Shown here piece by piece: positions 24,357 to 35,209 of a stretch of DNA of 64,000 nucleotides. A program made the position numbers and the translations under genes. A model generated the notes under the pieces. It searched no databases. It had not been told where the DNA came from and saw only the letters and a list, made by a program, of their open reading frames with translations. Origin of the DNA: Naegleria gruberi (taxonomy: Eukaryota); NCBI GenBank assembly GCA_000004985.1, contig GG738914.1. One strand, given 5' to 3'. How positions within the stretch are numbered: position 1 is the first letter of the stretch; each line of letters opens with the position of its first letter.

Positions 24357-25748
24357 ATGTCAGAATTAAAAACCACACCATCACCATCTTGCTCTCTATT
24401 TCTTCCTGATGATATTTGTTATGAAATATTAACTTTTTTACATTGTAACGATGAATACGATGAATACGATGATGATGGATCATTTTTAACACATCAATTA
24501 TTTATTTTAAATACTTGTTGTTTAATATCTAAACAATGGTTAAATGTAATTCGGAATCGATGTGAATTTACTATTTTTATTCATCATGCCAGCTGTCAAG
24601 TATTAAATTCTTTAATGGATTCGCAATTTGTTTCTAATTTTACAACACTACATGTCACTGAATCTTGGGATTGTAATATGGAAATGATTAGTTCTATGAA
24701 TCATTTAACTAAATTGCACATTAACAATAATTACACCAGTAAGAAAATGGAATTTATATGTAAATTGAATCAATTGAAAATATTGGAATTGGAATTGAGT
24801 GATATTGGAAATGAACAACTTATTCAAATTTCCCAATCTATGAAACAATTAACAAAACTTAGTGTTGGTTTTAATGATATTGGAGGAGAAGGATTGAAAT
24901 TAATTAAAGAGTTGAGTAATTCCTTGACTATCTTAAATATTGAACATAATCAAATAGGAAATGAAGGTTTGGAATTATTAAGTGGATTGACACGATTGGA
25001 TAGTCTTGATATTTCTACGAATAAGATTGATAAATTCAATTCAATTTGTAATTTGAATCAATTAACAATATTAAATGTCAGTAATAATATTGTTGGAAAT
25101 GAGGGTGTGAAATTCATAAGTAAATTGAAACATTTAACTGAGCTAGTTATGCAGAGTTGTAACGTTAAGGAGGAAGGAATGAAATCAATTTGTGAATTGA
25201 AGAATTTAACCAACTTTAACATTAGTAATAATTTTATTCGAAATGAAGGAATGATATTGATATGTAATTCATTTCCACTATTGAAATGTCTACGTGCAAG
25301 CTCAAACAAGATTAGCAACGAAGGAGTTCAAGATATTACTAAATTAGAAAGATTGACCGATCTGAATATTTGCCGAAATGAAATTAGCAATAATGGAATG
25401 AAATCAATTAGTGGATTAAAGAAGCTAACTTGTCTAGATGTTAGTGGTAATAATATTAGTGATGAAGGTGCAACATCTATTAGTCAACTTTCTCAATTAT
25501 CAAGTCTTTATATTAATGACAATCAAATTGGTGATGAAGGAATGGAATCAATTAGTGAAATGAACAATTTATCTAAACTTTGGATTAATGATAATCAAAT
25601 TGGCAATATAGGAGCCAAGGCAATTTCAGTTAACATGCATCAATTAACCTTCCTTTTTATTGCCAACAATAGGATTGGTGAGGAAGGAATTAAACTTCTT
25701 GAGAATATGAAACTGACCTATTTGGAGACCTTTGATAAACTTTATTAG
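24357..25748 (+). CDS. F-box-like / LRR (ribonuclease-inhibitor type) repeat protein
   Basis: ATG at 24357. F-box-like LPDDICYEILTFL...ISKQWLNVIRNRC is followed by about 14 RI-type LRRs (NxIGNEGxKxISxLxxLTxLxI). It is a paralog of the 16040..17264 gene. Confidence 0.8.
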   Translation: MSELKTTPSPSCSLFLPDDICYEILTFLHCNDEYDEYDDDGSFLTHQLFILNTCCLISKQWLNVIRNRCEFTIFIHHASCQVLNSLMDSQFVSNFTTLHVTESWDCNMEMISSMNHLTKLHINNNYTSKKMEFICKLNQLKILELELSDIGNEQLIQISQSMKQLTKLSVGFNDIGGEGLKLIKELSNSLTILNIEHNQIGNEGLELLSGLTRLDSLDISTNKIDKFNSICNLNQLTILNVSNNIVGNEGVKFISKLKHLTELVMQSCNVKEEGMKSICELKNLTNFNISNNFIRNEGMILICNSFPLLKCLRASSNKISNEGVQDITKLERLTDLNICRNEISNNGMKSISGLKKLTCLDVSGNNISDEGATSISQLSQLSSLYINDNQIGDEGMESISEMNNLSKLWINDNQIGNIGAKAISVNMHQLTFLFIANNRIGEEGIKLLENMKLTYLETFDKLY

Positions 25749-25824
25749 TGAAACATTTCGAATAAACAATCATGATATGTAAGCAATTGTTTTCACATAT
25801 ATTAAATTTTCTCAAGTAAATGTA

Positions 25825-25905
25825 GCAGACTTGGCCGAGTGGTTAAGGCGACAGACTTGAAATCTGTTGGGGAAACCTTCGTAGGTTCGAATCCTGCAGT
25901 CTGCG
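25825..25905 (+). tRNA. tRNA-Ser (anticodon UGA)
   Basis: Cloverleaf is intact. Acceptor GCAGACT pairs with AGTCTGC and the discriminator is G. D-arm is GCCGAGTGGTTAAGGC. Anticodon stem ACAGA/TCTGT carries loop CTTGAAA. The variable arm is long. T-arm is GTAGGTTCGAATCCTGC. Confidence 0.9.
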
Positions 25906-25980
25906 TCTGAGATTTTGATTTGGCTTTAATTGGGGAGCGTAAAGTGTTTCCCTAGTATTGATTAAGAGGCTTTTATCAGA

Positions 25981-26093
25981 GTGTAAGGCGGTCTTGACCG
26001 AGTGGTTAAGGTGATTGACTAGAAATCAATTGGGGCGACCCGCACAGGTTCGAGTCCTGTAGATCGCGATCAGTTTTATCTTTTAAAAAATTA
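25981..26093 (+). repeat. duplicated ~110-bp unit containing tRNA-Ser(AGA) plus shared flanks (copy 1)
   Basis: Near-identical to 31591..31702. The shared flanks are GTGTAA upstream and ATCAGTTTTATCTTTTAAAAA(A)TTAAC downstream. Confidence 0.8.
25988..26068 (+). tRNA. tRNA-Ser (anticodon AGA)
   Basis: Acceptor GCGGTCT pairs with AGATCGC, with one G-T pair. Anticodon loop is CTAGAAA. The variable arm is long. T-loop is GGTTCGAGTCC. Confidence 0.9.
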
Positions 26094-26515
26094 ACTATCT
26101 TTTACAAATATTTAAACATATTACACCATTAATAATGAATTAATCACATATCATATCACATAATCTTTCTATTAAGTTAACTTGCATACTTGAGAGATTC
26201 ATACAAGATATTGTACTACTTTTTGTTGTCGAGAAAAGGTTTACCCGAGCTAAAGTCTTACACCAGGTTTTACAGTACTCTGCCTTCAACTCATCTCCTT
26301 TAAAGTGGGTAATAACCTTATTAATAATTCCACAGTAAACCATCTGGAAATTGTCCATTGAATTTCCAAACCGTAACACTCGCTGCTGTTCACGCCACGC
26401 ACCTTCACGCTATCAATAGTAAAATCAATCTACACAGCCTTAATCAAAAAAGTGTTTGCTGGCAATTTTTCGTAAATTTTGAGTGGCGCTCAAATCCGTT
26501 TTTTGATTAAAAAAA

Positions 26516-29500
26516 ATGCAAGGAAGAACGCTACTGCTTTTCACGCTCATCCTTTTATGTGTGCTAGCTTATTGTTGTGTAGAGAATGTTACTGCTGAAT
26601 CATGGGGAAGTTTCTTGAGTCAATCTATGCAAGTTACAAATGGTAAGTGGAGTGTAATTTGACATTTTGGAAGAATTAAGCATTATGATCATTATTCATA
26701 TTTAGGAAAATTATTTTCATCATCAAAAAGATCACAAGTTGTTTGTCCTCCAAATACCTTTGGAAGTAAATGTAATAATAAGGTGAATCTCCCAGATACA
26801 TATCCTCTCAAAAAAGGTCCGTTAATGATTGGCCAGATGGAGATTAATGATGGAAATTCTTATTCATGCGAGTGGACTATTTTTGTTTTAGAATTTAATC
26901 AAAGTTTTAGTTATCCCTGTTTTTTTGTCGTAGCCGATACAACTGTTCCACCAATCAATTACACTCTAACCTATTCAGTGTGGTCTGCAGGTTTCATAAT
27001 TTTTTCAAAGGATGTTGTGTTTATTGATGGGATAATTCCAACATTGAATACTAAGGTGACCTACATGGGTGATTTCAATTTCTTGATTGACAAACCAATG
27101 AGCTGGGATGATTCTGCCAACACATGCCAAGTTGGAATAGTTCAACAAAAGATTTCTTCATTGCAAGAACTTTCAAAGTTGAAAAACTTAACTACATTTG
27201 ACATTCCTTGCAATTCATCTTCAACAATCAAGGTTCCATATTTTGGATATCCTTACTAAGATAGTGTTTTCCTATCATAATTTAAAATATTCAATGTATG
27301 ATAATTATATTCAAGAAAGAACCTTAATTGAATACTTTCCAACATTTTTTGCAAATCTTGGAAACACGACAGACATTAGCATTTCAAACTCTGATAGAAT
27401 TATCTCTTTCTATAGCATTGTGAGTTCTAACATTCCTGTTTTGAAATGCAAAGTCCAATTGAGTCTAGGAAATTCTCTCACTACCCTATTCGAATCTAAT
27501 TGTTCTTCCTTTTTGAACTTTACCCATTCACTCACTCAATACAGCACCAATACGAATGCCTCCATCATAGTCACTCTCTCAAATCAAGAATACATGTTTG
27601 AAGAAAGTGAAACTTTTGACATGAATCTATCAAATTGTTCTCAGTGTCAAAATGGAATTTGTCGATTGTCTCAAAGTAGTATTGATGGTTCAACTCATTG
27701 CGAATGCTCAGGCTTGTTTGAAGGAGAATTTTGTCAAGAGTGTAAAGATGGTTTTGTCAAATTATCGGACAAGTGCGTTTGTCCGAATGGTTATCAACAA
27801 ATTGGTTTTGGCTGTGTCTTTGTTAGTAGCTCAAACGCCACTTCCTGTTTTGGATATAGTGTCAAAGAAGGTGATCGTGCATGTTCTTATCATGGAATTT
27901 GTAATTTGAATACTCATTTGTGTGAATGTAGTGAAAACTTTGATGGTGACAGATGTTCAACATGTAAGACAGGTTACACTGGTTCAAAGTGTGATATTCC
28001 AATTTGTCATGATGTGAGTGCCATCGATTCAACTGTTTGTAATTCCAAAGGTGATTGTGTAGCACCTGACAGCTGTCAATGTAATGCAAATTATTATGGA
28101 CCTAATTGTGCAAGCTTTAAATGTAATGGCATTGAAAAGAATAATGCTTTAGTTTGTTCATCACATGGTACATGTTCCAATGCTGATGTATGCACTTGTT
28201 CCTCAAATTATGATTCGTCCACTTTCTGTTCAAAATGTCTTCCTTCCTACAATGGAACTGATTGTTCCATAAAAATTTGCAGCCCAGAAACCACTTGTAG
28301 AGGCCATGGACAATGTAACGATCAATTACAATGTATCTGTAATGGAAAATTCACAGGCACCTATTGTGAAAAGTGTTTAGATGGTTGGGTTGGCAGTAAT
28401 TGCGACATTACTTGTTCTGCACAGACAACTTGTTCTGGAAAGGGAAGTTGTTCATCAACTGGATCTTGTATCTGCTCGGCAACTTCCTATGGAGATCATT
28501 GTGAGAATTGTAAAGATGGTTGGTATGGAGCTAATTGCGACTTTAGAATAGATTTTACATCTTTTGAATTTAATGAGAATGGTGATTCGATTAGTGCTTC
28601 TGTAAACTCTGTCATGAAGAAGAATATCAACTGTTCATCGCTCATTGTAAACACTGAAGTGTTAGGACAAGGTGCAACTTGTGTATTGGATGGTGATAAG
28701 AGTTTATTGATCATTAATCTTGGCACCTTGGCAACTATTGTCATTAATGGAAATCTCATTATCAGAAACTACATTGACAGCAAATTAACAACCAATGCCA
28801 AAGTGTCAGGAACTTTCTATCAAAGAGTTGATCCTGTCGCCTCCTTGACATCTGAAAAGTCTGTCATTGGTTGTGGAACAATGTTCTTGGATGCTTCTTC
28901 ATCCACTTCATTGGACAGAAGAAGATTGTTATTCACATTCTCTGCAGTCACAGCTCCAAATAATCAAGCCTTATCAAACCTTAATAATCTCATTTCTGGA
29001 AATAGTGCAAGTACTGTCAAATTCTCAGTGAATAATTTTACAGGTGGATCTTATTCTGTTCAGGTTGCTGTTCAGAGCACATTCTCTGGTAGAGTTTCGT
29101 ATGCTACGTTTGCATTCATGGTGACTGATGCCTCCCCACCAAATTTGAGTATTAAGAATGGTGTTTCGAGTACTGTGACTATTGGAAACTCATTTGTGGT
29201 TACACCAATTGTTTCATTCCCTTCATGTTATTCTGGTTCTGCTTTAATATCTAATCTGAAATTTACCTATACTCAAGTTAGCGGTGCTGCACTCCAGATT
29301 AAACAAAAGAATGAATTGTTGGTGTTTAGTTCAGATTATACCAAGTTGACTGAAGAAGGTAAATATGTATTTAGTTTGAGTGCTGTTGAACAGGGATATC
29401 CAGGAGCATCCATCACATTCGAAATCATCGCAGTAGCCCTTCCATTGAAAGTTTCGTTCAATATTCGTGACATGTCTCAATCCATGGAAGATAAAATCTC

Positions 29501-31454
29501 GTTTACAGTACTCAAACAGGATCCAAGTAATCCAGATGATGCAAGTGGACAAGTAGCTCTATCTTGTGTCAATATGGAAACTTTACAAAGTTGTGATGGT
29601 TTCGTCCAGAATGGTGCAAATATTGATCAGACCACTTTGTTATTTAACCAAAAGTATGGACCTGGCGTTTATTTGTTTACTGCTGTGTACACCAAGGGTT
29701 CGAGATTCTCCTCTTCCAAAGTTAAAATCACTGTCACAAGTCAATCGAAATCATCCTTCTTGAGAATATACATTAATACTCCTTCCAATATTGATCTGAC
29801 CTCAGTTGACCCATCCACTTATTTAATTCTTCAAGCACAAAGCATCGACTCACTAAGCGTTCAAAGAATCTACTCATGGACAACTGATTTTGATTCCTCC
29901 TCCACCTCCTCATTGGATCTCAACAAGAAATACTTGTCCATTCCAAAGAGTTTACTTGTTCCTGGTGCTTCTTACACAGTTTCTGTTAAGGTTGTGGATG
30001 GAGCAAAGGTAGGTGAGGGAGTTATTTCATTTGTGGTCAATTCGCCTCCAACATTGGGAAGTTTGGAAATTAATCCATCGACAGGTGTTGCCCTCACTGA
30101 TGAATTTAAGGTTTCATGTGGAAATGGGTGGTCGGATGTTCAACTCCCGCTGACCTTCAAGTTTTTGTACAGACTTCAAGGAGATGTGTTCTGGAAAGTA
30201 TTGAAAGAAAGATCTGAAACGAGGTCTTTCAGTACTGTCATGCCAAGTGGACATATAGAAATCAAATCCATTGTCTATGATGCTTTAGGAGCCGCCACAG
30301 AAACAACACAAATCATTCAAGTCACTAATCCAGTTGACATTACATCAGCCGTTCAATCTTTGAATGCTATTAGTACTTCTTCAGTCACTTCCTCTTCGAC
30401 CTCATCTGCATTGAGTGTTATTCAATCATTGAAACCTCAAACTCAAGAAGAAAAGCAAAAATTGAGTGAAACTGGATCAAAGATTGCAATTGCCTATTTT
30501 TCACAGATAGAAAAGGAAGAAACCGTCACTTCCCAAACAGTTTCATCAACAGCCTCTTCAATTTCTGTTATTTCATCCATCAGTACTTGTATTTCAAATC
30601 TGCCTGAAAGCACAGTCAGTTTTATCATTACTAAATTCAAGTCAACTGTCGATGGCGCCAATTCAAAGCTTAATTTACCAGATGAAGATATTGAATCATC
30701 ATTCAACAGTGCCACCACCATTCAATCCTATGTTGTCAAAAATGGAGAAAAGAGGGCAATCTATGTCTTCTCCAAAGTTGATATTACAATGTTAGATCAA
30801 ATTAAGGAAACTCTTGTTAACCTACAAGTGAAGAATTTAGTTGCAGACATGCCTGCTGCTAGAACATTCGGCACAGATTACTATTCATATATGAGATTAA
30901 TGAGCGTTTCGTCTTTGAGTAATTTGAATGATACAATCAGTTCAGAATCTTCATTCTCTCTCAGTCAACCATTCAGCACACTATCACAATTTTCTAATTT
31001 GGATACTGTTAAACTTGTGATGAAAGTCCAACAACAAAACGAAAGTGTTACCAAACTTTTCTCATTCAAGGTAGTTTCTACCAATACTGAAATACCAATC
31101 AGTTCTGATTCAATTGCTGAACTCACCATTGAAAATAATGATGGAGTTGTACAAAATGCTGCCACTTACGAATGCAAGATTTTACAAAATGGACAATTGA
31201 CATCATTGTCCTCATGTGTGATTGTTTCACACTCTGCAACCAGCTTTACAGTTAGGGTTCCTTCAACTGGTTCTTATGCAATTGTGGCCAATGTTAAGAA
31301 AGATGTTATTGTTGACATATTGTCAGAAGATAATTTGAAATATCTTGCTTTCCTATCATTGATTGTTCCAATTGTTGTGTTGATTGTCATTGTTTTCATT
31401 GTTGTGGTTTGTGTTATTAGAAAGAGAAAGAGAGCAAAAGTTCAAGGTGTTTAA
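26516..31454 (+). CDS. large type I membrane protein with ~9 EGF/laminin-EGF-like repeats and long Ser/Thr-rich ectodomain; one intron plus an apparent frameshift
   Basis: Exon 1 (26516..26642) encodes signal peptide MQGRTLLLFTLILLCVLAYCC. A 63-nt GTAAGT..TTTAG intron at 26643..26705 joins it in frame to ORF 26783..27259. The reading frame then continues in ORF 27198..31454 and needs a 1-nt shift. EGF repeats include CECSGLFEGEFCQECKDGF...CDITCSAQTTCSGKGSC. The C-terminal TM helix is IVPIVVLIVIVFIVVVCVI followed by RKRKRAK. Confidence 0.75.
26643..26705 (+). other. spliceosomal intron (63 nt, phase 1)
   Basis: It starts GTAAGT and ends ATTTAG. Splicing joins the signal-peptide exon to the downstream ORF in frame. 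Confidence 0.75.
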
Positions 31455-31590
31455 GATTTTTAATAAACAATTAAAATAATTCAAGTTGCATTTCGTATTT
31501 TATTATTAAAGGGCAAGTTACGATTTAGTCACTTTTTATCAACAATTACTTGTGAATATTGGAATTATGTGTTAATGTACTCAAACATTT

Positions 31591-31702
31591 GTGTAAGGCG
31601 GTCTTGACCGAGTGGTTAAGGTGATTGACTAGAAATCAATTGGGGAGACCCGCACAGGTTCGAGTCCTGTAGATCGCGATCAGTTTTATCTTTTAAAAAT
31701 TA
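31591..31702 (+). repeat. duplicated ~110-bp tRNA-Ser(AGA) unit (copy 2)
   Basis: Flank identity with 25981..26093 extends beyond the tRNA on both sides. Confidence 0.8.
31598..31678 (+). tRNA. tRNA-Ser (anticodon AGA), second copy
   Basis: Identical to 25988..26068 except for one substitution in the variable arm (GGGGCGACCC versus GGGGAGACCC). Confidence 0.9.
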
Positions 31703-31712
31703 ACAAATCTGT

Positions 31713-32237
31713 TTATTCACCCAATAATCTTCCTGCCTCCAATTTTAAGGCCTTTCCAATTGTGTTGGCCTCCATTGTTTCTTTCACATTCTCCAAATAT
31801 TTTAACATGACTTCCAAGATTCCATCATGAAATATTTTAATGGCATCTTCATTGAAAATCACTTGATTCTTCTCTGGTGTGTTGTCTTGTTCTTCTTCTA
31901 ATTGATTGGAAAGAAATTCTTTAAACGTATAAAAGGATATGATATTTCTTGCCAACTTCATTTTCTTTTTCAATTCGTTTCGTTTTCGTTTCTTCTTCAT
32001 TTGCTTCTTACAAATTTTCGAATCATGATCTTCATTGCTTCTCTTGAGTTTGTCTTGTGAATCGCTTGTTTTTATATTCAATTCTTCCTTCATTTTGCTT
32101 CTTGATCTGGTGATTACACTTGGTTTGTGTTTGGTTTCGATTGTTCCAGCCAAGAGTTGAAATGCTTTCATATTTCTTTCAAACTCATCCTGGGTGAGGA
32201 GTGGAGAATTTTCTTCTGAATGATTGGATGATTCCAT
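31713..32237 (-). CDS. hypothetical small basic protein (174 aa), Lys-rich
   Basis: ORF with ATG at 32237. Contains KKQMKKKRKRNELKKKMK basic stretch. It ends 35 nt from the tRNA-Ser copy on the opposite strand. No domain recognised. Confidence 0.45.
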   Translation of the reverse strand: MESSNHSEENSPLLTQDEFERNMKAFQLLAGTIETKHKPSVITRSRSKMKEELNIKTSDSQDKLKRSNEDHDSKICKKQMKKKRKRNELKKKMKLARNIISFYTFKEFLSNQLEEEQDNTPEKNQVIFNEDAIKIFHDGILEVMLKYLENVKETMEANTIGKALKLEAGRLLGE

Positions 32238-32290
32238 TGGGAAGAAGTGCTTGAGAGGTTTGTTGTTGTTTTTTTGTTGATGGTTTTTTC

Positions 32291-32495
32291 AAATTTAGAT
32301 TTTAAAAGATGTGATGAGTCATGACACAAGACAAACCTTTTTGTTTTTAATCAAAGAAAAAGGAAAAAGCAAATGTTGATGTTTGAAATTATGATTATTT
32401 TATTGTTATTAATACATGACAATAATAATACTGTAACTGAAATATTTCAATTAATTTTAATTGAACTTCTCAAAAGATATTCCAATAGAATGTTG
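32291..32495 (+). repeat. ~200-bp direct repeat, left copy
   Basis: About 85% identical to 34923..35113. Shared blocks are AAATTTAGATTTTAA..GATGAGTCAT..AGACAAA..AATGTTGATGTTTG(A/G)AATT..TTATTTTATTGTTATTAATA..ACAATAATAATA..AAATATTTCAATTAATTTTAA..GATATTCCAATA. Confidence 0.8.
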
Positions 32496-33136
32496 ACACA
32501 TTCCTTATAGAAAATTACAAAGAACAGATTTTTCAGCTGCCGTCTGTCACTTGACATGATATGGCTTTTCAATTAATAAAATATGGAGATTTTAATGTGT
32601 GGCCAGTTCTCCTCCATCGGCACTTCAGCTAAAATTGTAACTAAGGAAGAGTGGAATTATGAAAATGAAATTGTTTTGAGTCAGGAGAAGTGTCCAACTA
32701 TTTGATAGATGTATTTCTGAATCAGACATTGGTAATTTCTCTAATATTATCCAATATTCAAGATTCTGAAATTTATTCCAAGTGGATTATCAATTATAGT
32801 GCAAGCATAAAGAAATGGCCCTTAGAATGGACAATTAAATTATTTAATTTCAAATTAATCAATGTAAATTTATAATAAATTAGTGGTCTTTGCTCTGAAG
32901 AGTATCAATTTTATTTCTGTCCCGTGGCTCATTTCTTAATTCCAGAAAGTTGGAGAACTATGATGTCAGTTTTACAATGTTTGAATCAATGATTGTTCTA
33001 ATTAAATAACAACAAGTAATAAATCTCCAGTCAATAAAATAATTGAAAATGAAAATAATTGGGAGATTATTTGTTGAATATTGTTTATTTTGTTATTTAC
33101 ACATGTGTTAATATAGCTTTCTTGTTGGATTAGTTA

Positions 33137-34588
33137 TTATTCCATCATCGTTTGCCTCCATTCTTTATAGGCATTGATAGGTCTATAAATCTTATCCAAG
33201 TCTTGATGGAATAATGCAATACTGTCGGCTATTTTTTGAGTTTTAGCCTGATAATTCATCCTTGATTGATTATATATTGGAGGCAATGGATTTTGATTAT
33301 TGTAAAGATTTGTAATGAAAACATTATAGTGATTAATCATATGTCCTAACAAGTCTGCAACAAGTTGTTTCATTAATTCAATGTGTGCATCTGCCTCGTT
33401 CATTTTCAAACCTCTATGTGCTGCAGGATGACGAATATTAAAGATAACTGATTCAACTAAGGGCTTGATGTTGTTTCCAGTTACTTGTTGATACTGTTTA
33501 CCATAATTTCTGACACAATCAGAAAATTCACGAGTATAGGTACCAACTAACTCATAGGCGCAGTCACAGACCAGATCCTTAAATTTTGTAAAGAAGGTCT
33601 CAAAGTCCCTGCCTGTCTTTTGATGGAGCTCTATGCTTTGATCAGTTGTTTGAATAAATGTTGGTTGACTATATTGATTTTTGTTGTATTTGTTTTGTAC
33701 AGTATTACTTGGATTAATGTTTGTGTTTGGAAGGATGCTCAATGATACAGAAGCACCAAGAGATAGATAGCATTCACCTCTAATATCAATATATTGTTTA
33801 GTGTCCACACTTTTGGAGCTGGAATTCTTAAGACCAAATGGATGATGTTTCCAAATAAGACAAGAATTGATTCCAAAATCAGATAAACGACCACCTTCTT
33901 CTCCCAGTGGTTGAAATTTACCTTGATAGGTAAATCCATCAACAGTGTTGACTGAGACAAAAGGTGCATTGGATTCACAGTTTTGGAATGATGGAATCAA
34001 ATTGGTATCTCCATAATAAATAAACACCAAACTTCTCAAAGAAAATGGTTTTGAAAGATCCACAGTGAATCTACCGAAAATGGGACATTTCTCCTTGGCA
34101 TACACAGTACCCATGTTAGCATAATATCTGGTATGTGCTAATGGAAGATTACAGTGATCACTACGAAATGCTTGTAATTTGCCAAGGAGTTTGTTAGAGT
34201 TGGAGTACAAACCCAGTAACAAGCCAGGGTAATGATATGCTTTCTTTTCTCTTTCATCATTCAAAGTAACACTATCTGATGTCAGTTCAACATACGACCC
34301 ATTACGAATTGTTGCAGGGTCCTTATGTCCAATCCAAACACCAATCTTGGAAATTGTACCAATATCAATGCAAGCTGTAGGTTGAATACTAACAGCAAAA
34401 TCATTGTAAACTCTAATATTATTTAAGTACAAAATATTGCCATAACGAGCAGAACAACGACATGAAACAGGTCTCTCATATGAGGAGGAGAATATCATTA
34501 CCTCCACTCCTGTGTTAATTGTGTCATCAATGGCTTGAGTAATGTGATTGATAGATGCACTTTCAAGTCCTGTGCTTTGGTATTGCAT
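33137..34588 (-). CDS. hypothetical protein (483 aa), lineage-specific, no recognised domain
   Basis: Intronless ORF with ATG at 34588. The N-terminal half looks beta-rich and Cys-containing, the C-terminal half helical. No homology recognised by eye. Confidence 0.6.
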   Translation of the reverse strand: MQYQSTGLESASINHITQAIDDTINTGVEVMIFSSSYERPVSCRCSARYGNILYLNNIRVYNDFAVSIQPTACIDIGTISKIGVWIGHKDPATIRNGSYVELTSDSVTLNDEREKKAYHYPGLLLGLYSNSNKLLGKLQAFRSDHCNLPLAHTRYYANMGTVYAKEKCPIFGRFTVDLSKPFSLRSLVFIYYGDTNLIPSFQNCESNAPFVSVNTVDGFTYQGKFQPLGEEGGRLSDFGINSCLIWKHHPFGLKNSSSKSVDTKQYIDIRGECYLSLGASVSLSILPNTNINPSNTVQNKYNKNQYSQPTFIQTTDQSIELHQKTGRDFETFFTKFKDLVCDCAYELVGTYTREFSDCVRNYGKQYQQVTGNNIKPLVESVIFNIRHPAAHRGLKMNEADAHIELMKQLVADLLGHMINHYNVFITNLYNNQNPLPPIYNQSRMNYQAKTQKIADSIALFHQDLDKIYRPINAYKEWRQTMME

Positions 34589-34922
34589 TGTTTTGGATTT
34601 GGTTTTTTTTAAAGAGTTGTTTTGGTTGGTGAGAGCACGTGATGGGTTTAAATTGTCTTTACAATGAAAAGTGAAGAATTCCTAACTGGATTCTATTCTA
34701 TTTTTAAATTTTCAATCACGTTGAGTGATTGAGAGATTTTTAGCATTTTACAACTTTGTTACTTCATTACTAATTTCAAAAGTAAGGGCCATCAACACAT
34801 ATGAATACAGATTACTTTCTATTGAATTATTAACCTTGTTGGGTAGATTAGGTGGAGAATTGGAAAAAATTGGTTTCTTTAGGTCCATACAGAATAAGTG
34901 TTTAGACTACTTAAAGAATATT

Positions 34923-35113
34923 AAATTTAGATTTTAACGATTTGATGAGTCATTCAAGACAAATCCTATTAATCAAAGTAAATGGAAAGTAAATGTTGAT
35001 GTTTGGAATTGTGCTTATTTTATTGTTATTAATATATTACAATAATAATAACTAAAATATTTCAATTAATTTTAAATTAATCTCATATATATAGATATTC
35101 CAATAAAATATTG
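34923..35113 (+). repeat. ~200-bp direct repeat, right copy
   Basis: Direct-orientation partner of 32291..32495. The pair flanks the 33137..34588 ORF. Confidence 0.8.
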
Positions 35114-35209
35114 GAATTAATTTCAAATATTCAATTAATTCTTCTTTGATATCTTGATCTTTCCATGCAATAACATTCTCTCCATCAATTATTTCCACTA
35201 TTAGAAAAA

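Noticed and set aside
26140-26379. 79-aa minus-strand ORF just downstream of the tRNA-Ser pair, considered as a tRNA-targeted retroelement remnant
   Set aside because: No RT, endonuclease or gag-like motifs, no repeats, and the ORF is short with no start context. Probably a spurious ORF in AT-rich DNA.
27233-27260. A 28-nt GT..AG segment that would join ORF 26783..27259 to ORF 27198..31454
   Set aside because: It is far shorter than any confirmed intron here. An indel cannot be excluded without transcript data, so the site is reported as a frameshift.
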